Under the pieces are notes generated by a model. That model worked only from the letters and a program-made list of their open reading frames with translations. It made no database searches and was not told where the DNA came from. The position numbers were made by a program, and so were the translations under genes. Source: Rhodospirillaceae bacterium (GTDB lineage: Bacteria > Pseudomonadota > Alphaproteobacteria > SMXQ01). Taken from it: a stretch of 64,000 nucleotides of DNA. Each line of letters opens with the position of its first letter. Position 1 is the stretch's first letter. The stretch lies in the NCBI GenBank assembly GCA_947474495.1, contig CANJIM010000002.1:14978-78977 (forward strand), written 5' to 3'. This document shows positions 8,002-17,018 of this stretch, piece by piece.

Positions 8002-10566
8002 ATGGTTCGCGCCGCATCAGTTACATCGACAGCATCGTCCGCCTGCCCGCTCATCCGGCGGCAGCGGACTCCTTTGCGCGCGCTCGCCTCTTTGACCCTT
8101 GGTCTTCCCCTAATTCTGTCCGCCACGCCGGCAGCGGCGCAAAGCGCTGGCGATGGCATGAGTAATCTCGGCGCGCTGCTCGGCAGTGTTGCGCCCTGGG
8201 CCTTGCTCGCGCTCTGCGCTGGCGCGGTCATCGCCGAAGGCGTTGCTTGGAGCCGACAACGGCGCCGCGCCAGCGATTTGGCCAACGAAGCGGCCGGATT
8301 GCGCGTCGCGCTGGCCGCGCGCGACGACGCGCTCACCGTGGCGCCCGGTGCTCATGCCGGTTGGACGGCGACCGGCGAATGGATCGCCGGGCCGGAGCTG
8401 ACCGGTGTCCTCGGCCTTTTCCTCGAAGACGGACCTTTAAGCTACGCGACGTTTCTGCGGCTGATCGCCGAAGCTGACCGCGAACGGTTGGCGCAGGCGG
8501 TCGAGCGTTTGCGTCAAGAGCGTGTCGGCTTCAGCCTGACGTTCCGCGTCAATGGCCGCACCTGCGAAGTCACCGGCAGTCCGGCGCCTGCCGGCGGCAC
8601 CCTCGCCTCGGTGCTGTGGGTGCATGATGTCGACCAACGCGAGCAGGAGCGGGCGCGTCAGTCAGCCGGCATGGCGGCAGCCGAAGGTCAGGCACGGCTG
8701 TTCGCCAACCTGTTCGACGCGCTCGAGTCGCCGGTTTGGTTGCGCCGCGCCGATGGCGTTCTGCTCGCTTGCAACAAGGCTTATGCCAAGGCGGTCGAGG
8801 CGGAAACGCCGGACATCGCCATCGCCGCGCAGCACGAACTGGTCGGCGCGCGGGTCGAGTGGATCCGCGAATTGTCCGCCAGCGCCGCGAGCGAGGGGAA
8901 GCCGCGCAGCGGTCTGTTGCATGTCGTCATCGCCGGCGCGCGCCGCTTGTTGGAAATCACCGAGACGCCGATTTCTGGCGGCCATCTGGCCGGCTTCGCC
9001 ATCGATCGCACGGCGGTCGAAGAGACCCGCGCCGAGCTGGCGCGTCACATTGCCGCCCATGCCGATGTGTTGGAAAAGCTCGGCACCGCCATCATCATCT
9101 ACGGACCCGATCAGCGCGTCTTGTTCGCCAACTCCGCCTTCAGCCGCCTGTGGGGCCTGGAAGAAGACTGGGTCGCCAGCGCGCCGACCCATGGCGCGCT
9201 GCTCGAAGAGCTGCGCGTGCGGCGCCGCTTGCCGGAACAGGCCAATTTCCAGGCCTATAAGAAAGAACGCCTGGCGCTCTACACGTCGCTGATCGAGCCG
9301 CGCGAAGAATTGGTCTATCTGCCCGACGAGCGCGTGCTGCGTATGGTGATCTATCCGCATCCGCTTGGCGGTTTGCTCTACACGGTGGAGGACGTCACCG
9401 ATCGCCTGACTCTCGAGCGTTCCTACAATACCTTGATCGCGGTGCAGCGCGAGACGCTCGACAATCTACATGCCGCAGTGGCGGTGTTCGGCGCCGATGG
9501 CCGCCTCAAGCTGCACAATAACGCTTTCACGCGCATGTGGCATTTGGCGCCGAATTTCCTGGCGAACGAACCGCGCGTCATCGACATCGTCGAGGCGGTC
9601 AAGGACCAGATGCCGTACAAGGGCGAGTGGGACGATTACAAAAAGCTGATGGCGTCCCGCACCACCGATCATGTCGCGCGCGTCGGCGTATTCCGCCGCA
9701 ACGACAATTCCGTGCTCGATTACAACAGCGTGCCGCTGCCGGATGGCGCGACGATGTTCAGCTATCTCGACGTCACCGATAGCGCCAATGTCGAGATGGC
9801 GCTGCGCGAGCGCAACGAGGCGCTTGAAGCCGCCGACCATCTGAAATCGGAATTCATCACCAACGTGTCCTACGAGCTGCGCACGCCGCTCAATACCATC
9901 ATCGGCTTCACCGAAATTCTGGCGAACCAATATTTCGGCGCCATGAACGACCGCCAGACCGAATATGCGAGCGGTATTCTCGAATCGTCGCGCCAACTGC
10001 TCGCCTTGATCGACGACATTCTCGATCTCGCCTTGATCGAAGCCGGGCGTCTTTCCCTCGACCTCAAGCCGGTGAACATCCATAGCGTGCTGTTCAGCGT
10101 CTTTACCCTGACACGTGACCGCGCGCGCAAGCAGGGCGCGACGCTCACTCTCGACTGCCCGGCGGGCATCGGCGTGGTGATGGCGGACGAGCGCCGCCTG
10201 CGCCAGGCGCTGTTCAACCTAGTGAGCAACGCCCTGAAATATATGGCGGGCGAGGGCGAGATCGTGCTCGGCGCGCGCTGGGAAGATAGCGAGTTGGTGT
10301 TGTCGGTGGCCGATTCGGGTAGCGGCATCTCGCAGGAGGATCAGGCCCGCGTGTTCGAGAAATTCGAGCGCGGCGGCAATGCGGCGCGCGCGCCGGGCCT
10401 CGGTATCGGTTTGTCGCTGGTCAAAAGCTTCATCGAGCTACACGGCGGCCGCATCGAACTCACATCGGCGCCCGGCCAGGGCACCACCGTCACTTGCCGC
10501 CTGCCGGCACAAGTGGTGCCCGAGATCGCCCAGCCAGAGCCGGCGGAAAAGCCCGCGGCGGAGTGA
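8002..10566 (+). CDS. divL: DivL-like multi-PAS pseudo-histidine kinase
   Basis: N-terminal TM segment, tandem PAS-like domains, H-box FITNVSYELRTPL with Tyr in place of the phospho-His (DivL hallmark); lies between ahcY and tsaE; start uncertain. Confidence 0.8.
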   Translation: MVRAASVTSTASSACPLIRRQRTPLRALASLTLGLPLILSATPAAAQSAGDGMSNLGALLGSVAPWALLALCAGAVIAEGVAWSRQRRRASDLANEAAGLRVALAARDDALTVAPGAHAGWTATGEWIAGPELTGVLGLFLEDGPLSYATFLRLIAEADRERLAQAVERLRQERVGFSLTFRVNGRTCEVTGSPAPAGGTLASVLWVHDVDQREQERARQSAGMAAAEGQARLFANLFDALESPVWLRRADGVLLACNKAYAKAVEAETPDIAIAAQHELVGARVEWIRELSASAASEGKPRSGLLHVVIAGARRLLEITETPISGGHLAGFAIDRTAVEETRAELARHIAAHADVLEKLGTAIIIYGPDQRVLFANSAFSRLWGLEEDWVASAPTHGALLEELRVRRRLPEQANFQAYKKERLALYTSLIEPREELVYLPDERVLRMVIYPHPLGGLLYTVEDVTDRLTLERSYNTLIAVQRETLDNLHAAVAVFGADGRLKLHNNAFTRMWHLAPNFLANEPRVIDIVEAVKDQMPYKGEWDDYKKLMASRTTDHVARVGVFRRNDNSVLDYNSVPLPDGATMFSYLDVTDSANVEMALRERNEALEAADHLKSEFITNVSYELRTPLNTIIGFTEILANQYFGAMNDRQTEYASGILESSRQLLALIDDILDLALIEAGRLSLDLKPVNIHSVLFSVFTLTRDRARKQGATLTLDCPAGIGVVMADERRLRQALFNLVSNALKYMAGEGEIVLGARWEDSELVLSVADSGSGISQEDQARVFEKFERGGNAARAPGLGIGLSLVKSFIELHGGRIELTSAPGQGTTVTCRLPAQVVPEIAQPEPAEKPAAE

Positions 10567-10577
10567 TCGCGTTCGGC

Positions 10578-11594
10578 TTAGGCGCCGGGAACGCCACTGG
10601 TGGTCGAATATTCGAAATGCAGTTTCTCGCCGGGATGGACGACGCCATGGGCGCCGTGCGCCGCGAGCGCGCCCTCGGCGAAGCCCGACAGGATCAGCTT
10701 GAGCTTGCCGGGATAATGGGCGATGTCGCCGATGGCAAAGATGCCCGGCGTCGAGGTCTGGCAGGTCGACGGCTCGACGCCGATATGGTTGCGCTCGACA
10801 TTGAGACCCCACTCGGCGATCGGCCCCAGATTCATGGCAAGACCGAAGAACGGCAGCAGCACGTCGGCCTCCAGCTTGCGTGGCTTGTCGTCGAGATCTT
10901 TGACGACGACGGCGCTGAGCTGGCCGTTGGCGCCTTCGAGCGCGGCGAGCTGATAGGGCACCACCAGCTCGATCTCGCCGGCTTCGGCGAGCGACTTCAG
11001 GCGCGCTGCCATTTCCGGCGCGGCGCGGAACTTGTCGCGCCGATGCACGACCATCACTTTGGCGGCGACGCCGGCCAGCGCGATCGCCCAATCGACGGCG
11101 GAATCGCCGCCGCCGGCGATCACCACGCGCTTGCCGCGCAATTCCTCGCGTCGTTTGACCATGTAGAAGACGCTCTTGCCTTCATAGGCGTCGAGATCTT
11201 CGAGCGGCGGGCGGTTGGGGCCGAAGGCGCCGCAGCCGCCGGCGACGATCACTGCCTTGGCCTGGATCGTCTCGCCGCCTGACAGGCCGAGGGAGAACCA
11301 CTCGCCGGTCTTCTGCAGCGTCATCACCTGCTGGCCGAGGTGATAGACCGGCGCGAAGGGCGCGGCCTGCTCGGAGAGCTTGTCGATCAGATCGGCGGCG
11401 TCGATGGCCGGATGAGCAGGGATATCGTAGATCGGTTTTTCCGGGTAAAGCGCCGTGCATTGCCCGCCGACCATGTCGAGCGCGTCGATCACATGGCAGC
11501 GCATCTTCAGCATGCCGCATTCGAAGATGGCGAAGAGGCCGACGGGGCCAGCGCCGATAATGGCGACATCGGTCTGAACGGTCGTGGCAGTCAC
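10578..11594 (-). CDS. Thioredoxin-reductase-like ferredoxin/flavodoxin-NADP+ reductase
   Basis: GAGPVGLF, GGQCTALYPEKPIYDIP, GGGDSAVDWA, YPGKLKLILSGF; no CXXC; GTG start after AGGAGA. The ORF-track extension to 12308 is an antisense shadow of tsaE. Confidence 0.85.
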   Translation of the reverse strand: MTATTVQTDVAIIGAGPVGLFAIFECGMLKMRCHVIDALDMVGGQCTALYPEKPIYDIPAHPAIDAADLIDKLSEQAAPFAPVYHLGQQVMTLQKTGEWFSLGLSGGETIQAKAVIVAGGCGAFGPNRPPLEDLDAYEGKSVFYMVKRREELRGKRVVIAGGGDSAVDWAIALAGVAAKVMVVHRRDKFRAAPEMAARLKSLAEAGEIELVVPYQLAALEGANGQLSAVVVKDLDDKPRKLEADVLLPFFGLAMNLGPIAEWGLNVERNHIGVEPSTCQTSTPGIFAIGDIAHYPGKLKLILSGFAEGALAAHGAHGVVHPGEKLHFEYSTTSGVPGA

Positions 11595-11777
11595 GGTGAA
11601 ACGTCTCCTGGAAGGCGATAAAGCGGCCATAACATGGCCTTGGAGCCTGCCAAATACAACAAACTTGAGGCGCTGCGCCACCAGACGATCAGCGCCGGCT
11701 TGGCACTGCGAAACAGGCCTCATACCGCCATAGAGAGCCGAATTGCCGATCCTCGGAGGGACGGCTACAACACAGGC

Positions 11778-12278
11778 ATGACGTTGCCGTCTCCCATGTC
11801 CGCCCCCAACGGGGGCCTGTCGTTCCGTCTGGCCGATCTTGCCGCCACGGCGGCCTTGGCGGACGCGCTCGCGCAGCGCGCCCGAGCCGGCGACGTGATC
11901 GCGCTGCATGGGACGCTGGGCGCCGGCAAGACCGCCTTCGCCCGCGCTTTCATCACCGCGCGCATGCCCGACGTGGGCGATGTGCCGAGCCCGACCTTCA
12001 CGTTGGTGCAGACCTACGACATGGCCGATCCGGCCATCTGGCATTTCGATCTCTATCGCCTGGACAAGCCGGACGACGCGCTGGAGCTCGGCCTCGACGA
12101 GGCGTTCAACGACGCCATCTCGTTGATCGAATGGCCCGAGCGGCTGGGGCCCTATCTGCCGCGCCGCGCCCTGCATCTGCATTTGGAATTTGTTGGCCAA
12201 GGCAGCGGAGAGGGCGCCCGCATCGCCCATGTGACCGGCGCGGGCGACTGGCCGGCGCGATTGGAGACGCTGACATGA
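11778..12278 (+). CDS. tsaE: tRNA t6A biosynthesis ATPase TsaE
   Basis: LHGTLGAGKTAFARAF, VPSPTFTLVQTY, HFDLYRL, LIEWPERL. Confidence 0.93.
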   Translation: MTLPSPMSAPNGGLSFRLADLAATAALADALAQRARAGDVIALHGTLGAGKTAFARAFITARMPDVGDVPSPTFTLVQTYDMADPAIWHFDLYRLDKPDDALELGLDEAFNDAISLIEWPERLGPYLPRRALHLHLEFVGQGSGEGARIAHVTGAGDWPARLETLT

Positions 12279-13306
12279 CCGCCCCTTCTGCGACGATCGA
12301 AGGCGCAAACCGCGAGGCGATCATTACGGCCTTCCTCGCCAAATGCGGCTGGGCCGGCGCGGCGCGCCACAAGCTGCCGGGCGACGCCTCGTTCCGCCGC
12401 TACGAGCGGCTGAGCCTCGACGGGCGGCGCGCCATGCTGATGGATGCGCCGCCGCCGAAAGAGGATGTGCGGCCCTTCCTGCGCGTCGCGCGTCATCTGA
12501 CCAAGCTCGGTCTCAGCGCGCCGCACATCTTCGAGGCCGACGAAGCGAACGGCCTGTTGCTGCTCGAAGACCTCGGCGACGACACCTTCACGCGTCTGCT
12601 CGCCAAGGGCGAGGACGAGACGGCGCTTTATGAATTGGCGGTCGATGCGCTGATCGGGCTGCATCATGTGCCGATCGACAAGGTGCTGCCGCTCAGCACG
12701 CCGCCCTATGACGAGGCCAAGCTGCTCGAAGAAGCGCGGCTGCTCACCGATTGGTTCCTCCCGGCGGTCAGCGGCGCGCCGGTCGCGGCAGCTGTGGTGG
12801 AGAGCTATGCCTCAGCCTGGCGCGGTGCCTTCAAAGTGCTGGACGGCCAACCCTACACGCTGGTGCTGCGTGACTATCATGTCGATAACTTGATGCGCTT
12901 GCCGAGCCGTAGCGGCATCGCGGCCTGCGGCCTGCTCGACTTCCAGGACGCCTTGGTCGGCCCCACGGCCTACGATCTCGTCTCCCTGCTCGAAGACGCG
13001 CGGCGCGATCTCGCGCCCGGCTTGGCGCAGGCGATGATGGCGCGCTATCTCGCCGCCTTTCCCAAGCTTGACCAGGACAAGTTCGCTGCCGCCGCCGCCG
13101 TGCTGGCGGCGCAGCGCAACGCCAAGATCGTCGGCATCTTTACGCGGTTGAGCCGGCGCGACGGCAAGCATCATTATCTCGGCCATGTGCCGCGCGTCTG
13201 GCGTCTGCTGAATAGCGATCTCGACCATCCGGCATTGGCAGAGGTGCGCGCCTGGTTCGACGCGCATGTGCCGGCTTCCTTGCGCCGCGCGCCGGAGGCG
13301 CCATGA
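12275..13306 (+). CDS. amgK: Anomeric MurNAc/GlcNAc kinase (APH phosphotransferase family)
   Basis: GDASFRRYERL, LMDAPP, LLEDLGD, LRDYHVDNLM, LDFQDA, YDLVSLLEDAR; directly upstream of murU. Confidence 0.8.
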   Translation: MTAPSATIEGANREAIITAFLAKCGWAGAARHKLPGDASFRRYERLSLDGRRAMLMDAPPPKEDVRPFLRVARHLTKLGLSAPHIFEADEANGLLLLEDLGDDTFTRLLAKGEDETALYELAVDALIGLHHVPIDKVLPLSTPPYDEAKLLEEARLLTDWFLPAVSGAPVAAAVVESYASAWRGAFKVLDGQPYTLVLRDYHVDNLMRLPSRSGIAACGLLDFQDALVGPTAYDLVSLLEDARRDLAPGLAQAMMARYLAAFPKLDQDKFAAAAAVLAAQRNAKIVGIFTRLSRRDGKHHYLGHVPRVWRLLNSDLDHPALAEVRAWFDAHVPASLRRAPEAP

Positions 13307-14028
13307 CGCATATTACACGGGGAATGGTGCTGGCGGCGGGCTTCGGCCTGCGCATGCGGCCTTTGACGCTGACGACTCCCAAGCCGCTGATCCCGGTCGC
13401 CGGGCGTTGCATGCTCGATCGCGCGCTTGACCATTTCGCCGCCGCCGGAGTCGAGACCGCGGTGGTCAACGCGCATTATCTCGCTCAGCGGATCGCCATG
13501 CATGTCGCCCTGCGCATGGGCAGCGGCGCCGACAAGCTTGGGATCCTGCTATCGCACGAAGCGACGATTCTCGACACCGGCGGCGGCGTCATGCAGGCCC
13601 TGCCGGATCTGCGGCCCGATCCCTTCTATGTCGCCAACGGCGACATCCTATGGCGCGACGGCGCCATGCCGGCCTTGCAACGCCTCGCCGCCGCTTGGGA
13701 CGATGGCGCGATGGACGCGCTGCTGCTGGTGTACGATAGGGCCAGCGCGATCGGCTACGACGGGCCGGGCGACTTCGATTTCGCCGGACAGAAGCTGCGG
13801 CGGCGTGTTGGCGATAGTGCGCCATTCGTCTTCACCGGCGTGCAGATTCTGCATCCGCGCCTGTTCGCCGGCGCGCCGTCGGGTGCTTTCTCGCTGAACA
13901 GGCTCTACGACCAGGCCGCCGCCGCAGGCCGTTTGCACGGGCTTGTGCATGACGGCGACTGGTATCACATCGGCACGCCGGATGGTCTCGCACTGGCCGA
14001 GCAGCATTTGCGGAGCCGCCTGTCGTGA
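13303..14028 (+). CDS. murU: MurNAc-1-phosphate uridylyltransferase-like nucleotidyltransferase
   Basis: MVLAAGFGLRMRPLT..PKPLIPV, DTGGG, WYHIGTP; paired with amgK. Confidence 0.8.
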   Translation: MTHITRGMVLAAGFGLRMRPLTLTTPKPLIPVAGRCMLDRALDHFAAAGVETAVVNAHYLAQRIAMHVALRMGSGADKLGILLSHEATILDTGGGVMQALPDLRPDPFYVANGDILWRDGAMPALQRLAAAWDDGAMDALLLVYDRASAIGYDGPGDFDFAGQKLRRRVGDSAPFVFTGVQILHPRLFAGAPSGAFSLNRLYDQAAAAGRLHGLVHDGDWYHIGTPDGLALAEQHLRSRLS

Positions 14029-17018
14029 CAGCGCCTGGAACGAAGGAGGGGGGCGTCGCCAATATTCCGGCCGGCGCGCCGTTCGTCGATTCGCTCGCTG
14101 CCGGCATCTGGCAGATGGTCGGCAAAGACGACCCCCTGGCGTTGACGCGCGTCACCGTGCTGTTGCCGACTCGCCGCGCGATCCGCAGTTTGCGCGAAGC
14201 CTTCCTGCGACTCGGCGGCGGCGTGCCCTTGCTGTTGCCGCGTCTGATGCCGCTCGGCGAGTTGGACGAAGAAGCGCTGCTGCTCGAAGAAAGCGCAGGC
14301 GAAGGGGCGATCGAACTGCCCCCCGCGATTCCGGGCCTGCGCCGGCAATTGCTGCTGGCGCGGCTGGTTCGTCAGCTCGGCGCGCAGAGCTTGCCTGAGG
14401 CGCCCGATGAAGCGCAATCGGCGCGACTCGCCGAAGCGCTGGCCAAGCTGCTCGACGAGATGCAGACCGAACGGGTCGATGTCGCCAAGCTCAAGAGCCT
14501 GGCGCCGGAATCCTTCGCGCGTCATTGGCAGCAGACCATCGAGTTTCTCGCCATTCTTACCGAACATTGGCCGCAGATTCTCGCGGCCGAAGGGGCGCTC
14601 GATCCTGCCGCGCGGCGCAACGCGACACTGGCCGCGCAGGCCGAGCTGTGGCGTGCCCATCCCCCGGAGGGACCGGTGATCGCCGCCGGTTCGACTGGCT
14701 CGATCCCCGCCACCGCCGATCTGCTCGCGGTCGTCGCCTCGCTGCCCCAGGGCCATGTCGTGCTGCCGGGGCTCGATCGCGACATGAGCGAGGCCTGCTG
14801 GCGCGCTCTGTCGTCCGAGGGGCCGCCGAGCCATCCGCAATTCGGCTTGGCGCGGTTGCTGGAACGCCTCGGGGTTGCGCGGGCGGAGGTGAGCGAGTGG
14901 CAGTCCCCGATCGCCGCCGCGACGCCGCCGGCACGCGCGGCCTTGCTCGCCCGCGCCCTCGATCCGGTGCCGGCCGATGGCGATCTGCCGCTGCGCGACT
15001 TGCCCGATCCTGGCGTAGCGCTCGCCGATGTCGTGCGTATCGAAGCGCCGGGCCCCTTGGAAGAAGCTGGCGCCATCGCGCTGATGCTGCGCGAAGCGGT
15101 CGATCGCGAAGGCCAACGCGCGGCGCTGATCACGCCCGATCGCGATCTGGCACGCCGCGTCGCCGCCGAACTGCGGCGCTGGGACATCGAGGTCGACGAT
15201 TCGGCCGGCCAGCCGCTCGCCACCACGCCGGCCGGCGCCTTCGCGCGCCTAGCGCTCGCCATGCTCGGTGACGATCTGGCGCCCGCCGCGTTGCTCGCCG
15301 CACTCAAGCATCCGCTGGCCTCGGGTGGCGAAAAGACCGTGGCTTTTAGAGACAAGGCCCGCGCGCTGGAATTGGCGGCGCTGCGCGGCGTCCGCCCGGC
15401 GCCCGGCTTTGCCGGTTTGCGGACGACGCTCGCGGGTGGCAAGACCGAAGCCGCGTTGTTGCCCTGGCTCGAGAAGCTGGCCGCTGCTGCTGCGCCGCTG
15501 TGCGAGTCGCTTGCGGCCAAGGAGGTCGCTGTCGATGCTCTGCTGCGCGCTCATGTTGCCTGGCTCGAATATCTCGCGGCGGATGACGCGCTGTCCGGTG
15601 CCGCGCGCCTGTGGCGCGGCGACGACGGCGAAGCGCTCGCCGGCTTCATCGCCGAATTCGCCGAAGCGGCGCGCGATCTGCCGCCCATGGCGGGGCGCGC
15701 CTATCCCGCCTTGTTTGAGACTTTGCTTGCCGGCCGCGTCGTGCGGCCGCGCTACGGTGCCCATCCGCGCCTGTTCATCTGGGGGCCGCTCGAAGCCCGC
15801 CTGCAGCAGGCTGATCTCGTCATTCTCGGCGGCCTCAACGAAGGCGTTTGGCCGGCTGACCCCGGCGCCGATCCGTGGATGAGCCGGCCCATGCGCGAGG
15901 CGTTTGGGCTTCCTTCGCCCGAGCGGCGCATCGGCCTGGCCGCCCATGATGTGGCCCAGGCCTTCGCCGCGCCGCGCGTCGCGTTGACCCGCGCGCTGCG
16001 CGTCGACGGCACACCGACCGTGCCGGCGCGTTGGCTGCAGCGGCTCGACAATCTCCTGCTCGGCCTCGATGCGCGAAAGGCTCTGAAGGGTGGTGAACTA
16101 TGGCTTGGCTGGCAGCAGATGCTCGATTCGCCGGCCGGCCCGCCGACGCCGACTCAGCGCCCGGCGCCGACGCCGCCGGTCGTGGCGCGGCCGCGCAAGC
16201 TCAGCGTGACGCAGGTCGAGACCTGGATGCGCGATCCTTATGGCGTCTATGCCAAGCATATCCTGCGCTTGAATGCGCTCGATCCGTTGGATGCCGATCC
16301 CGGCGCGGCGGATCGCGGCAGCTTCATTCATGAGGCGCTCGACCGCTTCGTCAAAAGCTGGCGCGCCGATGAAGCGCCCGAGGCCGCCTATGAACGCTTG
16401 CTGGCATTCGGCCAAGAGGCCTTCGCGCCGGCGCTCAGCAGCCCCGGCGTCTGGGCCTTCTGGTGGCCGCGCTTCGAGCGCATCGCGCGCTGGTTCGTGG
16501 ATAACGAGACCGCGCGCCGCCGCGTCGCCACGCCGCTCGCCGTCGAGGGCTGGGGCGAACTGACTCTGCCGGGACCGGCGGGGCCCTTCACGCTCGTCGC
16601 CAAGGCCGACCGCATCGACTATCTGAACGACGGCCGCCTCGCCGTCATCGATTACAAGACAGGTGGCGTGCCGACCAAGGGTGATCTCGAACGCGGCTTG
16701 GCACCGCAGCTGCCGCTCGAAGCGATGATGGCGGCGCGCGGCGGCTTCAAGGACGTGCCGGCCGGCGATGTCGCCGAGATCGCCTTCTGGCGTCTGTCGG
16801 GCGGCCGCCCCGTCGCGGAGATCAAGGCCTATGACGCGCCGCAATTCGCCGCCGACGCTTACGACGGCCTGCTGCGTCTGATCGCTGCCTTCGATGATCC
16901 CGCCACGCCCTATCTCGCCCGCCCGCGCGCCGAACATGCGCCGCGCTTCAGCGACTATGAGCATCTTGCCCGCGTCAAGGAATGGTCCGCCTCGGGCGAC
17001 GACGGCGGTGAGTCATGA
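14025..17018 (+). CDS. addB: Double-strand break repair protein AddB
   Basis: LLPTRRA, IAAGSTGSIPATA, GPLEARLQ, LSVTQVETWMRDPY, KADRID...IDYKTG nuclease motif. Confidence 0.93.
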   Translation: MTAPGTKEGGVANIPAGAPFVDSLAAGIWQMVGKDDPLALTRVTVLLPTRRAIRSLREAFLRLGGGVPLLLPRLMPLGELDEEALLLEESAGEGAIELPPAIPGLRRQLLLARLVRQLGAQSLPEAPDEAQSARLAEALAKLLDEMQTERVDVAKLKSLAPESFARHWQQTIEFLAILTEHWPQILAAEGALDPAARRNATLAAQAELWRAHPPEGPVIAAGSTGSIPATADLLAVVASLPQGHVVLPGLDRDMSEACWRALSSEGPPSHPQFGLARLLERLGVARAEVSEWQSPIAAATPPARAALLARALDPVPADGDLPLRDLPDPGVALADVVRIEAPGPLEEAGAIALMLREAVDREGQRAALITPDRDLARRVAAELRRWDIEVDDSAGQPLATTPAGAFARLALAMLGDDLAPAALLAALKHPLASGGEKTVAFRDKARALELAALRGVRPAPGFAGLRTTLAGGKTEAALLPWLEKLAAAAAPLCESLAAKEVAVDALLRAHVAWLEYLAADDALSGAARLWRGDDGEALAGFIAEFAEAARDLPPMAGRAYPALFETLLAGRVVRPRYGAHPRLFIWGPLEARLQQADLVILGGLNEGVWPADPGADPWMSRPMREAFGLPSPERRIGLAAHDVAQAFAAPRVALTRALRVDGTPTVPARWLQRLDNLLLGLDARKALKGGELWLGWQQMLDSPAGPPTPTQRPAPTPPVVARPRKLSVTQVETWMRDPYGVYAKHILRLNALDPLDADPGAADRGSFIHEALDRFVKSWRADEAPEAAYERLLAFGQEAFAPALSSPGVWAFWWPRFERIARWFVDNETARRRVATPLAVEGWGELTLPGPAGPFTLVAKADRIDYLNDGRLAVIDYKTGGVPTKGDLERGLAPQLPLEAMMAARGGFKDVPAGDVAEIAFWRLSGGRPVAEIKAYDAPQFAADAYDGLLRLIAAFDDPATPYLARPRAEHAPRFSDYEHLARVKEWSASGDDGGES

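Noticed and set aside
11595-12308. Apparent 240-aa N-terminal extension of the FNR ORF, and similar extensions on the uppP, gltD, hsp20, TPR and EIIA ORFs
   Set aside because: They overlap other genes or promoter regions, and good downstream starts with an RBS give normal-length proteins.
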